NCBI RefSeq assembly: GCF_006345805.1
Contig: NC_043001.1
Span: 6,510,001-6,574,000 of the forward strand
Source of the DNA: Octopus sinensis
Taxonomy: Eukaryota
DNA length: 64,000 nucleotides
Direction of reading: 5' to 3'
How positions within the stretch are numbered: position 1 is the first letter of the stretch; each line of letters starts with the position of its first letter. The notes under the pieces are model-generated. The model searched no databases. It had not been told where the DNA came from and saw only the letters and a list, made by a program, of their open reading frames with translations. Both the position numbers and the translations under genes were made by a program. Below are positions 26,023 to 42,259 of the stretch, in pieces.

Positions 26023-27579
26023 GTTATTTTCATAAAAACATATTCTTTTTTACTTATGGTTTTTATATCAAACATTAATTTTAGCAACATTGCCATCTTT
26101 GAAACCTTTCTTTAAAGGCCACTTTTTTTTTTGTACAATATTCGGTCGTTTCTATGCCATAATATAACTCGCCAAGGTTTTATACTTTTGAAGATCTCAG
26201 ACATTCTTGCATAAAAGTCAGTACTTTATTCAGTTTTGCATAAAATTCCCTTAAAACACGCATCAAACGCACACCACAAACACTTATATATTTACATCCA
26301 TATGCACACATTCTAACACACACCGGCGTACACATACACCACACAAGCAATCACACATTGATATAAACACACTCAGGAAATCATAGGAAAACACTCAATT
26401 ACTTCGACGAAAATAATTTAGTGAGAAAGACATCAAGTAAAACTTCATCGCTTTCTGTAATCTTTAATACATTCAAACGAGAAGTTTGATGTAGGCTTTA
26501 AAAGACTCCAGTAAGATTTTGTACCAAAAAAAATGTATATATTTTGTCTCATAAAATAATAAGCACACGGCGACACGCACACAATCGAAAAGTGTAGATA
26601 AACATATGCAACAGTAAGTATACTCATATATTATAATATATATATACATATATACATAATGCATATGCATATGTATGTATATATATATATATATATTCGT
26701 ATATACGCATATATATTTATATATGATATATGAAATATATAGAAAGATACACACACATATATTTATGCATCTATATGTATGTGTATATATATATACATAT
26801 ATATATGCATGCATGTATATATATAAATATATATGTGCATGTATGCAAATAGATATACGTGTGTATTTATTGGAAATTAAACTCACATTTATACACACAC
26901 ACTCACAAAACACAAACGAAGGAAGAAGACACACAGAACTTTTTTGCTGTGTTTGTATATGTATTTTTGTATAATTATATGTAAATATATCGAGATATAC
27001 ATGTAGTTGAGAGTGCGTTTATATCTTCCTATATATGTGTATTTGTTTGCATGTATGTGTGTATGTGCGTCTCTGCTTTTGGTGAGATGTATGTATTTAT
27101 ACCTGTTTGTGTTTATAAGAAAATGCTAATAAGATATCTCGAACATTCTTTGATCTATTGCTGCGCCCATAAAATGAAAACAGGAAGTAAAAGTTAGAAT
27201 CCAATCGTCATTTTTCTCAGTATAAACATTAATGAAGAGTTTGTTTTTATAGGAAAGTGTACGTACATAGAGATAACTGCATAAATGAACGAAGGGTTGT
27301 GTGGTAGTAAGAGATTAGGCTAAAATAGGGAAACAGGGAGAAATAAAAATGTCATTTATGGATGGAATATTGCAAATAAAGAAAGAAAGAGAGTGTGAGA
27401 GAGAGAGAGAGAGAACAGGATAGAGAAAGAGGAAAGAATGTGAAAGAATGATACAATAAAATGTGAATGAAAATAATGAAAAATAATCCGAGAAAACATT
27501 TGAAAATGGATGAACAGAAGCCTCTCTCCACCACAAAGTACAAATAGACACATATTATAAGATATACGTACATATATGT

Positions 27580-27632
<53 letters not shown>

Positions 27633-27717
27633 ATACACACATACACACACATATATGCATATATAAATACACATATGTATTATATATATATAGGTACAAA
27701 TAGACACATATTATAAG

Positions 27718-27789
<72 letters not shown>

Positions 27790-28237
27790 ATACACACACA
27801 CATACACACACACACACATATGTGCATATATAAATACACATATGTATTTATATATATATATATTGTATATGTATATAGTTTACATGTATTGAATTCTCTT
27901 AACAAAATGTTTTGTATAGGTATATGTATACATATACACATACACACGCTCAAACACACATACGTACACGCGCACATATATATCTGTGTGCTTGTGCGTA
28001 TGATAATAATTTTGTTTGTTCATGTGCGAGGGTTTGAGTACTAGTGTGTGTTAGTATGTGCGCGCGTGCGCGCGTGTTTTTAATACTATATGTTATAAAA
28101 ATAAATCAGGCCATGGTGCCATTCTTTATCTGATTTTGGTATTTTATTTCGTATCCACGTACTTTTATATTCCTCAGCTTGAGAATAATATAATTTGTAA
28201 AGTTTAGTTTTCATGAGGTAAGAAATATTAATATATA

Positions 28238-28639
28238 TGTAGGAGTAGCTGTGTGGTAAGTTGCTTGCTAACCAACTACATGGTTCCGGGTTCAGTCCCA
28301 CTGCGTGGCATCTTGGGCAAGTGTCTTCTGCTATAGCCCCGGGCCGACCAATGCCTTGTGAGTGGATTTGGTAGACGGAAACTGAAAGAAGCCTGTCGTA
28401 TATATGTATGTGCGTTTGTTTGTGTGTCTGTGTTTGTCCCCCTAGCATTGCTTGACAACCGATGCTGGTGTGTTTATGTCCCCGTTACTTAGCGGTTCGG
28501 CAAAAGAGACCGATAGAATAAGTACTGGGCTTACAAAAAGAATAAGTCCCGGGGTCGAGTTGTTCGACTAAAGGCGGTGCTCCAGCATGGCCGCAGTCAA
28601 ATGACTGAAACAAGTAAAAGAGTAAAAGAGTAAAGAGTA
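28238..28639 (+). mobile_element. Full-length SINE family 2 (tRNA head, CORE-like cttgggcaagtgtcttct, CR1-like tail)
   Basis: ggagtagctgtgtggtaag...gggttcagtccc head; (TAAAAGAG)n tail; near-identical to 32496-32866. Confidence 0.88.
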
Positions 28640-28888
28640 TGTACGTAGGTGTGTGTGTGTGTCTACATTTGTGTGTGTACGTATTTGTACCACTTTTCTA
28701 CGAAGGACTTTGTTAGGTTCATATCCTACCTGGTTTTCCATTCTAGAATTGTTCATAGGAAACGTAATTCAAACTGAAACTTTGTTACGTAACAGTGCCG
28801 AGAAACAGATGAAATATAAGAAAGAATCTGGTCAGTATCCTAGACGTTACATCGATTCTTATCCTTCTATCATACTCTAACATGTTAG

Positions 28889-28927
<39 letters not shown>

Positions 28928-28949
28928 TGTACATGTATATGTTTGTGCT

Positions 28950-29140
28950 CCCTCTGCACATCACTTGACAACCTATGGTGGTGGTGTGTTTAGCCCCCCC
29001 CCATAACTTAGTGGTTTGGCAAAAGAGACCGATAGAATAAGTAATAGGCTTACAAAGAATACGTTCTGGGGTCGATTTGATGGACCAAAGTCGGTGCTCA
29101 AGCATGACCGCAGAAAAATGACTGAAACAAATAGAAGAAA
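28950..29140 (+). mobile_element. SINE family 2, 3' half, degraded
   Basis: ggcaaaagagaccgatagaataagta...ggtgctcaagcatgaccgcag. Confidence 0.75.
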
Positions 29141-29349
29141 AAACTGAGAATATCCCGCCAAATGCCACATCCGATCCACAAACGATACTGAAAATTGTTT
29201 CAAATTTTCGAATAAGGTGAGAACACTTATGTAATACAAACTTGTCCGAGACATGATTTGATCTCAGAACCTCGAAAAGAACATGAAAGAAAAATACCCC
29301 CCCCCCCCAAGTAAATGTTAAACGTTTCATCCGATGAAACAACGCGTGT

Positions 29350-29733
29350 GTGGAAGCACTCCGTCGGTTACGACGACGAGGGTTCCGGTTGATCCGAATC
29401 AACGGAACAGCCTGCTCGTGAAATTAACGTGTAAGTGGCTGAGCACTCCATAGACACGTGCACCCTTAACGTAGTTCTCGGGGATATTCAGCGTGACACA
29501 GAGAGTGACAAGGCCGGCCCCTTGAAATACAGGTACAACAGAAACAGGAAGTAAGAGTGAGAGAAAGTTGTGGTGAAAGAGTACAGCAGGGATCACCACC
29601 ATCCCTGCCGGAGCCTCGTGGAGCTTTAGGTGTTTTCGCTCAATAAACACTCACAACGCCCGGTCTGGGAATCGAAACCGCGATCCTATGACCGCGAGTC
29701 CGCTGCCCTAACCACTGGGCCATTGCGCCTCCC
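29350..29733 (-). mobile_element. Full-length SINE family 3 with 14-bp TSD
   Basis: Head ggaggcgcaatggcccagtggttaggg...ggtttcgattccc (A and B boxes); TSD gaaacaacgcgtgt at 29336-29349 and 29734-29747. Confidence 0.9.
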
Positions 29734-30235
29734 GAAACAACGCGTGTACGATGTAGAGAACAATGTTTTGTATTCGAACGAGGTAACTATGTTAGCGTTA
29801 AACTTAAAAGAACGATTCTAGCTTGATATCACATCTTAAATCCTGAAACTGTCTCTTACTCTTCAGCTATTCTCTCTCTCTGTCTCTTTCTGTCTGTCTG
29901 TCTCTCTCTATCTATCACTCCTAACCTTTTCTTCTTATCTTCAAATTTGCCTTCTACACCACATTCCATTACTCTTTCGCGTATGAAGCTCAATTATTTG
30001 TCCATCCCGTATATTATAATTATTATTATTATTATTTGATTATTATTATTATTATTATTATATTATTATTATTATTATAAAATATAGAAGAGTGCCGTAG
30101 TTATGTGAAATTGGTTGAACGATATTTCGGCATCGAGCGTGCCTTCCACAGGTTCAAGAATTACACGTCAGTCTACTTCATATTTTGTTAAAATTACATA
30201 GCACTAAGGTAACTCCCACAGAACCTATATAGAAC

Positions 30236-31392
<1,157 letters not shown>

Positions 31393-31660
31393 ATATTGAG
31401 TGAGAGAGTTCATGCCATCAAAGTGACACTGGGGTAAAATATACGAAGCCCAATATACCCATCATGACTACCCGTCTGATAAGGGTACACCAGGCACATG
31501 CATCACAACCATATGTGCGCGACATTGTGATCTCTTGTCAAGATAAACAGCACATGACCTTGCAGGTGGGGCCCAGTTAGAATTTTCTTCAGGTTGAGTA
31601 GCCCATCCTGCTCAAAAGGTCCCTTTCCGTGTTAATTGTTAACAAGGTTAAAATACACTC

Positions 31661-31736
<76 letters not shown>

Positions 31737-32449
31737 GTCTATCTCTCTATCTGTCTGTCTGTCTGTCTATCTATCTAAATATCCATCTATCCATCTATCT
31801 ATCTATCTATCTATTTATATATATACATATACATACATACATATATATATAGAGATTTAGAGATAGGCAAATTGATAAACAGATAGGTTGATAAATAGAC
31901 AGACCGACAGACAGACAGACGTATTTTAATATTCTGCTCAAAATTATCCTACATAGAATATATATTCCAAAATTTTGACATCTTCAAGGAGGCATCAAGA
32001 ACTTTTTTCCTCATTTGAAATATTCTCTATTATACCCAAGTGAATGTATTTAAAAACTCTTTTATTAACAACCTACTCATTAACGTCAATTTATTGTTAG
32101 ATTTTTCTTGCTTTGTATTTCACACCTACGCTTCTCTAATATGTTGCAAACATTTGTGTCGGAGAAATAAACTGCATTGAAACTGGAGACAATTCGGTAT
32201 TCTTCGTGATACATAAGTGCTTTGAAGTGACATGTTGCAATTAAGTTTCTTTTTTTCCCTGTTGACAAGACAAATGACAATTGTGAAATATGTGTAATTA
32301 CTGGTAAACATTCACTCGCAATACTGCAGAATTCTCGCTGATTGACTCAAGCTTCGTTTAAATATTAATTAGTGATTGAATTAATTATTAATTAAATATT
32401 AATTAGTGATAATATATATATATATATGCATACATACATATAATATATG

Positions 32450-32495
<46 letters not shown>

Positions 32496-32497
<2 letters not shown>

Positions 32498-32866
32498 CGC
32501 AGGAGTGGCTGTGTGGTAAGTAGCTTGCTAACCAACCACACGGTTGCGGGTTCAGTCCCACTGCGTGGCATCTTGGGCAAGTGTCTTCTGCTATAGCCCC
32601 GGGCCGACCAATGCCTTGTGAGTGGATTTGGTAGACGGAAACTGAAAGAAGCCTGTCGTATATATGTATATATATGTATATGTGTGGTGTTTGTGTGTCT
32701 GGTGTTGTCCCCCTAGCATTGCTTGACAACCGATGCTGGTGTGTTTAGGTCCCCGTCACTTAGCGGTTCGGCAAAAAGAGACCGATAGAATAAGTACTAA
32801 AAAAAGGTGGTGCTCCAGCATGGCCGCAGTCAAATGACTGAAACAAGTAAAAGAGTAAAAGAGTAA
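32496..32866 (+). mobile_element. Full-length SINE family 2
   Basis: Near-identical to 28238-28639. Confidence 0.88.
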
Positions 32867-32903
32867 TATATATATACATACATACATACACACACACACG
32901 CAT

Positions 32904-32943
<40 letters not shown>

Positions 32944-32949
<6 letters not shown>

Positions 32950-33098
32950 ATTTACAAGATAAGGGCAGGAGAAAAATTCTAATGCCAGATACGCCGAAAC
33001 AAAAAAATTGTCGATAACCATTAAATTTATGCCTCTCGAAACAAACCGATAGAAATCTCTAAAAAATTCTTCTGCCCTTATCTTGTAAATTATGTATA
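32944..33098. repeat. Short inverted repeat, about 30 bp arms
   Basis: ataatttacaagataagggcag versus ctgcccttatcttgtaaattat. Confidence 0.85.
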
Positions 33099-33176
33099 AA
33101 TTTTACCTTTAAAGGCATATTTTGATATGCTGGCCATTGATAAAATTTTTTCCCGAAAAAATTTTTATCCTATATC

Positions 33177-33210
<34 letters not shown>

Positions 33211-33417
33211 AATCCAAACATGAACTTGCAAGAACAAACAACGCGGTGAGGACGTGGAATAAGTACAGTGTTATTGGACGTCGAGGAGAGGAAAGAAAAA
33301 AGAGGATTTCACGTTTCGAGTGGAGCTCTGCATCAGAATTATAGAAAAAGTTCAAAGAAGGGAAGACGGAGAAAGAAAATCCCCAAGCAAACAAACACAC
33401 ACACAGAAACCTATCTA

Positions 33418-33484
<67 letters not shown>

Positions 33485-33577
33485 ATAAAATGGGCGAAAT
33501 ATAATTAATTTAATAAAATTAATAAATTTCACCTAGTAGTTTTATCGGTATTGAAAAGACCATATTTGGTAAGGATT

Positions 33578-33927
<350 letters not shown>

Positions 33928-34785
33928 ATATATATTTATATATATATATATACATATACATATGCATTTACGTAAATGTCGAACGATGTAAATGAGTCCA
34001 AAACACCGCATTGGTGGATATAATTACTTTATTGTGTCCTAAGATTACGATTTGTTTCATGTTAAGAAAATTAGGCGAACATCTTTCTCCATGTAATCGG
34101 CTTCGAGCATTGTTAAGACATTAAGATATTTTCCCACCTTTCTTCATTTGAAACCAATGGTAGCTTTAAGGAATGTGTCTATTTATGATGTGTGTACGCC
34201 AGCTTATGTTGTTATCCACAGTCTTACTTTAGTAATCGATATTATTTGACTAAAGCATAAACTCACTAGAGGGTAGTGAATATGTTACCTCATAAATTTA
34301 CTTGTTACAAAAGTGGATTAGCTCGAACAATTTCTTGTTTAAAAAAATAATGATTATTTCTATTCATCAAATCATACAATGCAGATCCTGTGGCAGTTCT
34401 GCCCTTTTATGTACCCCGTGGGTTTATTTCTGATGTCTAGCGTTATCTGCATAATTTATATTTTACTATGTTTTACAGTAATTCTAAATTCATACAAAGA
34501 ACTGAAAGAGAGAAAACATTAAGGGAGTGATCTGGGGGCATGCGACATAATACTAAATATTTTGGCACGTAATTACATTCCTTCGAATACAAACTGGTTG
34601 CCTTTTTCTGGAAGCGTTGAATCCGCTGCTGTACGATCACCAGTGCTGCACCATTCCAGCAAGCAACCAAATGCATATCTATACATACATACATATATAC
34701 ATTCATACATACATACATACATACATACATACATACATACATACAAACATACATGCATACACACACAAACACATATATGTATATA

Positions 34786-34816
<31 letters not shown>

Positions 34817-34843
34817 AATATGTATGTGTGTATAAAGAGAGAG

Positions 34844-34888
<45 letters not shown>

Positions 34889-35599
34889 GAGGATATATAT
34901 GTATATGTATGTATATTTTCTGAATATGCGCGCGTGCTTATGTGTATACATATTTCGCTATGCACATGTATCCATATACTTACACACATGCTCAATCACA
35001 CACATTTATATTCAAAACAATCCTAAAGAACCGCTCTCGTCATATATATCCGATGCATGAATCAATATTGTATATGGGTTGCTTCTCATAAAATATATAC
35101 CTGAAGAATGAAACTGAAACCATTGCAGAATTTACTTTTTATAAGGTATATTTATGTCCAGCTTCATGGCATATCATATTGTCTTTCGCTCTTTCACCGA
35201 AACTAACGCAGTCATTTTGATAGTCCGTTCTTCCGAGAGGCATTTCATATAAACATGATCATGAAATAAATAACAAAAAAGGAAATATATGAATGAACGT
35301 TGCGCTATTGCTACGCTACTCCTTTAGATTAACTTAAGTCGAAAGTTGGAAACAATAAATACACGTGTTTAGCACAACAAAAAGAAATAATAACTACTTT
35401 CACCCTTTACCTTCATAAATGAAAGTTAAATACAAGCATGAAATGGTTATTGGGAATATCAAAAGGCCCATAGCACGAACATAAATGTGATTACTTATAG
35501 TTATGAAATCCCACTGTGTTTAAAACTTTTTTTAATGTAAACGCAGAATATCCAGAGCATTGTGAAAATGTGATTCTTTTATGAAACAGAAACATCGTT

Positions 35600-35870
35600 T
35601 GTAAGCACAACGAGGGATCGGGTTTAAACCAGTGAACAGAATGGTCTGCTCGTGAAAATAACGTGTGAGCCTTTCAACAATCCGCATGTAGTGCTCAGGG
35701 ATATTCAACAGGACAAAGAATGTGACAAGGCTGGAACTTTCGAATTACATGTTCAACTGATTTTTCCCAGCTGAGTTCACTGCAGACACATGAAATAAAG
35801 TGTTTTGCCCAAGGATATAATCTGCCGCCAAGAATCGAACTCGACGGCTTAAGTCAAATACCTTAATCAT
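35600..35870 (-). mobile_element. Degraded SINE family 3 fragment
   Basis: ctgctcgtgaaaataacgtg...gggatattcaacaggacaaagaatgtgacaaggctgg. Confidence 0.65.
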
Positions 35871-36518
35871 TAATTCACCCGTCATAACTTTTTGTGCCAT
35901 AAATCCACATCATATATTCATTTCTCTAGTTTATTGAGGTTTTCCGCTTAATTTGAAATCAACTGCGTTGATAACTTATCCTTTAGACGATGCTTTTAAA
36001 ATGTATTGTAAACAAAGGAAATGTCGTCTCCGCTTGTTAAACTTTGATTCTCAGCTTTTTTCCCTCTTTCAAACATTGGCCTACAGCAAGACTGGTTCCT
36101 CGCACTGCAATATTTTAGTGGAACAGATTAACCCCAGTCCTTATTTTAAAATTTGATACATATTATATCGGTTTCTTTTGTCCTACCATGTCTCTTCCAT
36201 TTGTTTAATTATTTTAAATCTTCCTCTGAGGAGAGAGCCGATTTCCAACAAAGACACAAGGCTCCATTTAGGGATGTAGTTGACACAGACAAATTCCCAT
36301 TTGGAACTTGAGAAAAGTGTTGCATAATTTTACTGTTCCACTCAAAGTTTAGACTTGTAATGTACGAATCAGCCGAACGATTTCTCTGTTTGAAAATCCC
36401 AGTTAATCCAGATTCTCCTTTAAGCATTTACTAACAAAACTTAATGCTCCAATTATTATAGGTGTGAATATGAATTCATAGTCTGGATATAGAAGCTGGG
36501 GTTTTTGAAGCAGTTTTG

Positions 36519-36550
<32 letters not shown>

Positions 36551-36552
36551 TG

Positions 36553-36583
<31 letters not shown>

Positions 36584-38026
36584 TGTATGCATGTATGTAT
36601 GTATGTATGTATGTAGGTATGTATGTATGTATGTATGTAAAGGACGAATATACATGCATATTTCGTTGAAAAGCCTACCGTACAAAGGACATGCTTAAGA
36701 GAGGACCGGATCCGAAACCACGTGACTGCAAAGCAAGTTGCATAGCCACATAGCTACATGTTCCCCATATGGTGAATAATATAAATAATAGTTAACTGAA
36801 ATATTTTTCCCAGCTGTGAATTTTTTATATTGAACGACACCAACCACATGAATCCTGTGGCTTTTGAGAGAAAAGGTAGACGCAATTGCTTCTGATTCAA
36901 CTAAATTTATTTCATTCTTTCGCATTATCATTCTCATTTGAATTAGGCAATTTAGTTCTAGAAGAATTGCATTTATTTGTTAGGAAATCTTATTTCCTAA
37001 ATGTTAATTTTGAATGTGAGATTCTAACATGTGTTGCCTGACACGAAGCATTTCAACTGATTGACGACTCTAAACTAATGCGGAATACAACGAGGGCCTC
37101 CCTAATTTACAACATTATTCTCTTCATTCGATAATGTTCTATCATTGGCAATCAACAGTTGAGTGATAACATTACATCATGGTTTGTAGAAAGCCTTCAA
37201 GCAGAAATGGATTCTTCTCATTTCTTGAAACACAGAAGAACTTCTAAAAGTTGCGTGACATCATTCCGTGTTCCCACTTCCCAAACACAATTTAGAACGT
37301 GTATTCTTTGGTATCACGTTCCTTGCGAATCATGTACACGCTACGAAGTGCAAATCCGTGCATAATTAAATCATTCTCCTTGATTTAAAGGTAATAATTC
37401 TAAATATTTAGACAACTAATACTCACTATGTTCCCACTTACCTCAAGCATTGCAACTCAGGATGATGCGAGTGAAGCTATACAACAAATGCCCAAAAGCG
37501 AAATTTATCGTTGTACACGAGGATTCGCATGCAATTGAATTAATTTTATACATAAACCCATGTAGAAGCAACACTAACAGGACAAATGTGAGCAATTCTC
37601 CGTAGACTGAACAACAATTTGACCAGCCATTTTTAATTTTCAAACATTATTTGGTTCTCAAGAGACGTGGCTACATCCCTTGAGCAATCTAGGATAAAAT
37701 AGCTGGAAATCTATTTAAATATATAACCAATTCAGTACCTTCAGAGAAATGAAGCTACTAGTTTCTGTATTGTATGTATTTAACGCGTTATTTAAAATAA
37801 CCGACTTGTTAACGAGGTTCTCAGACCACAGAGCGGTTACAATTTTCTAAAATAATTATATGGTCTCAGAGGTTTTTTACTGTCCATATATATATATATA
37901 TATGTATATATATATTATATATATAGATATATATATATTATATATATATATATAATATATATATTATAATATATATATATAATTATATATATTATATAAT
38001 ATATATAATATATATAATATATATAT

Positions 38027-38373
38027 ATATAAGAAGGAATTTTACCACTATGTGGAAACCCTTATGCTAGAAGAAGATCCGCTATGGTCTTAACAACTAA
38101 GAATTGTTCTCTAGAAAATTTACCACGCACCAGAAACGTAAGCGAGCAAGACAAATGAAAAGTAAAAAAAAATATAGATTAATCGTAATTTGTTGATAGT
38201 GAAACATGTGCTTATGATTAATCTATATTTTTATTACATTTCATTTCTTTGTGGTCGCTTAGGTTTCTGGTGCTTGCTAAATTTTCTAGAGAACAATTCT
38301 TAGCTGTTAAGACCATAGCGGATCTTCTTCTAGCATAAAGGTTTCCACACAATGGTAAAATTCCCTCTTATAT
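38027..38373. repeat. Inverted repeat, about 150 bp arms; single-copy relative at 57590-57830
   Basis: aattttaccactatgtggaaacc...agatccgctatggtcttaac versus gttaagaccatagcggatct...ggtttccacacaatggtaaaatt. Confidence 0.9.
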
Positions 38374-38462
38374 TTGCTGAACCTCAGTTTTTTTTATATG
38401 CTAGACCACTGGTGTTATAATTGATATTATCAAATTAGTATCCACTTTTTCACCTCTTTTAA

Positions 38463-38519
<57 letters not shown>

Positions 38520-39069
38520 TATATAATATAAATATATACCCACTTTTATGTATTTATGTAGCTGTGTGTTCGTGTGTGCGCGCGTGTGTGCTTCATTGGA
38601 ATATGTTATTTTGCTTACAGTACAGATAGCGTGTAATACATTGAAGACTGAGCAATGTATAAGATCTGATAAAACCGAAGGAAATGCTTCGTTAATAAGA
38701 ATTAATTATCGTTGTTGGTGCGACGTAATACTACCTATTATTAATTATACACTGATTAAATGAAAATACTTTAGGCCATAACTTTGAATATCAACTGGAA
38801 ATTCCATTAAGTATTCCTATGTCATATATTCATTTCACTTATCGTATTACATATGATAATACGATCTAATTCTCCAACGTACGTCTATCCTGAAAACAGG
38901 CTCTCTCTCTGTCTCCCTCTTTCTCACTCTCTCTATATATACCGCTCTCTATATATCTGTAATAAGAAATAATATATATACATATTTATTATAACATATA
39001 TATAATATATGATATGTATATATATATATATATATGCACATAATAGTACAAGATGTCACCAACGGTGCA

Positions 39070-40205
39070 AGCAACATGATATAGGGAAACAACGAGAGAA
39101 AGAAATGTAAATCAGGACAAGTAAACACAGGGAAAGGACCCTTCTTCAGTTTTCGCTGTCTCTCTGTTCCTCATTTCGAGCATTCAACAATAAAATGAGT
39201 CTTCAAAAGCAGTTGCTCTCTTGAATTCTAAAATAAAATTTCGGAGTTATGGCCGGTCAAATTTGGGAACAAAAACAGAATAGTAGAGATATGCAAGGAA
39301 AGAGAACGAAAACAAAGATGGAGGGTTTTAGACCAGAATGAGAGGAAAATAGTGAACGTTGGGAAAAAGAAATTCTTTAAAAAGAGAAAAGTTAGAAAAG
39401 TTAGAAAAAAACTCGTCCACACTTTTGAACATCTGTGGAAAAAAATAAAGTGGGTCCCGTGAGGAAAAGTAAGATAGACGATGGTCACGTGTGTGCCTCG
39501 GAAGAGAGAGAGAGAGAGAGGAGAGAGAAAAAAGCAAGAAGAGAAGGTGAGACCGTTGAAAGGGAGAGGGGAGAAAATTTGAATTAGACGTGGATGGAGG
39601 AAGAAAAGAGTATAGAGTCCCATCAAAAAGCTGAAGATAAAGTTACCTGAAAATGGATGCGTGGCTTTCGATTAAATGATAATAATAAATAATATGTATA
39701 TGTGTGTGTGTGGTGTGTGTGTGTGTGTGTGTGTGTCTGCATATAAGGGTATAGGACATCACCATCAGTGTAAGCAATCATGAAATACGTTAACAAACGA
39801 GTTAAATACGTACGAAAAGAAAGTGGAAAGCAGGGCAAGTAAACAAAGAGAAAGGACACTTCACCAGTTGTCGGCTGTCTACTCCTCATTTCAAGCATTG
39901 AACGAAAATACGAGTCTCCGAAGATAGTTGCTCCCATCAATTCTAAAATAAATTTAGGGTTTATAGATGGTGAAAGTTGGGAAAAAAAGGACAGCTGAGC
40001 CATACAAGGAAACCAAACGAAAACAAACATGGAGGGTCATTAGACTAGAATGAGAGGAAAATAGTGAACGCTGGGAAAATATATTCTTTGAAAGGGAAAA
40101 GATAGAAAAGAGAAACACATACGTCCACTCCTTTGAACATCTGTGCAAGAAAAGAAATAGTGTCACGTGAGGAAAAGAAAGATGGATGATGGTCACGTGT
40201 GAGCA
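39070..40205. repeat. Two tandem, diverged copies of a purine-rich interspersed repeat
   Basis: Shared gaattctaaaataaa, aacgaaaacaaa.atggaggg, agaatgagaggaaaatagtgaacg.tgggaaaa, tttgaacatctgtg and gatggtcacgtgtg in 39070-39500 and 39800-40205. Confidence 0.75.
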
Positions 40206-40224
40206 ACGATAAATAACTCTTCTC

Positions 40225-41374
40225 TCTATATATAAACGACAGTTTGTCTGTCTGTGTGTCTGTCAGGTTGCACCCTCACCCTGACCACGGCTTTGCACCG
40301 ATTCTGATGAAACTGGACACACACATAGCCCAATGTCATATTTGGAAACTAACGCAGCGAAAAGTTTGAAAAGTTCCCCCAGTTCTGAATAAAATCGATA
40401 AATTCAACATGGGGTTGAGAATCTCAGCTTTTTATATGCACCACATTTTCTGTTGTAGTTTTCGCAACTTGCAATCGATTTTCACCAAACTCATGGTGAA
40501 GCTTAATGTTACCGTAAGAAACTTAATTCTGGCCTTAGTTTTCCATGCAATACCTTACCATCAGAAAAAATCGATAAAATCATGCCATTTTGGGAAATCG
40601 CGTTCAAATTCAAGATGACATATTTTCGACAATATCTTTCACAAATTGACAGGAATTTTTTTCTAAATTCACAGCGAGCATCATGTCTGCTCCAAGGAGC
40701 TGTATGGCCCTTTTTATTCCAATAGGATACTTTATTACAGGAAAAAATAGCTTAATTATATCATATGTGGCACACATAGCAAATCGATTTGTGTATAAAC
40801 ACAAACCACAGACTCTCTAGGGGACGCAACTCGACCATTTTACCTCTCGGAACACGTGGGGTAAGTATCCCAAAATGTATAAAAATGTACAAAAACAGCA
40901 AAAGAGCGGGCTGCAATGTAAGTGACAACAACGAAAAAGTCAAAAGTGACCAAACTGAACAAACGAATGGAAAAGTTTTTTTGGTGCACACGACAAAAGC
41001 GGTTTATAATAAACCAAGAGTTTGCAAGTAGCGTCCGAGGACCCTTAGGGTACGTCAAAAATTGAAGGTAAAACGTTTGGGTGGTAGTTATAAAGAAAGT
41101 GTAAACAAAAAAAGTATTCGAATAACTTGCGGCTGCAGCAGCTATCAGCAGAAGTGGCGGTGTTGGGGGTAAGGTCTCGAATGTAATTTCTTCCTGGTAG
41201 GAATTGGTTGGGTTGAATTATCGATAGCTGTTTGATAGTTATTTGGGAGTGAAGAGAAGACATTGCAACCTACACATGCGCCTTCGTTCCCTGGAGGGAA
41301 AGGACTAGATTGGGATTACTCGTTGCCTACTAGGGGCTCTTACATCTCCGGGCAACGCCGGGCTACGCTGCTAG
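40225..41374 (+). mobile_element. Non-autonomous Helitron-like element with extra internal segment
   Basis: 5' tctatatataaa...gtctgtctgtgtgtctg; 3' hairpin ccgggcaacgccggg then CTAG followed by T; termini shared with 55751-56118. Confidence 0.7.
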
Positions 41375-41406
<32 letters not shown>

Positions 41407-42189
41407 TATGTATAGGAAAAATAGAAGTTGAAAATGCATTGAGAATAGTTTAAATATTTGTTATTAAAATATTTAAAGCTTTAACCGTTTTCATAATTAC
41501 ACTCATTTTCAAATATTTCAAATACAACGACGTGGCTTATATTGCAGCTATCTTGCTTCTGAGCAGTGTTTGAAGTTTGCGCAGTTTTTAATAATGAGGT
41601 CTTGGCTCAGATCATTATTGGTTTTGATGGGTAGAGGATGGTCACATGACTGGAATTAGGAATTTTTGTAGGTTTCCCCGCGACGTCCGTATGTTAGTAT
41701 CAAGTGACAATGTTTGGCATCGTAAGTTAAGGCTGATACGGTTGACTGAACAAATTCAAACAATCAATGCTCTAAATGTTTTCTGCCAAGTGTTTGCGGA
41801 GAATGAACACATGATTAAATTTACAACCATTAGTACGTTTCCCGCTACGTCTATGTGTTAGTGTCACGTGACAGTAAATTATGCGCCTACAAATCAAATC
41901 TTATTCAAAACATATACCAATTAGAGCCAGGAATACCTTATAAAAACAACGTAAACTTCACACTCTAGTCGGTGCAAGAGAGTTGCGACATAACCTGTGC
42001 CTTTCTACTTGAACGTTTTGAAAATCTGTGAAAACTCTGAAACCGCTTAAAGCTTCAAATATTTATATAAAAAATATTTTAACAATTCTCAGAGCATTTT
42101 CAAGTTCTATTTTTCCTATATAACTATCCGTGTAGAATAAAATGTGTTTGCTCTTTTTCTCTGTTTGTGCATGTGTGTATATATATATT

Positions 42190-42254
<65 letters not shown>

Positions 42255-42259
<5 letters not shown>

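Noticed and set aside
28086-28458. ORFs containing GRPGAIAEDTCPRCHAVGLNP (also 32392-32729)
   Set aside because: Antisense translation of SINE family 2
29350-29733. tRNA-like sequence at 29660-29733 (also 45320-45396 and 54971-55040)
   Set aside because: tRNA-derived SINE head followed by SINE body and flanked by a TSD; not a tRNA gene
38040-38150. Possible HHR (ctagaaga ... gaaacgta) in the 38 kb palindrome
   Set aside because: Core not canonical, the two arms disagree after GAAA, and no stem I
39860-39930. HHR-like remnants in the 39-40 kb purine-rich repeats
   Set aside because: GAAA...GUA-gacag is present, but the core and stem II are too degenerate to support a call
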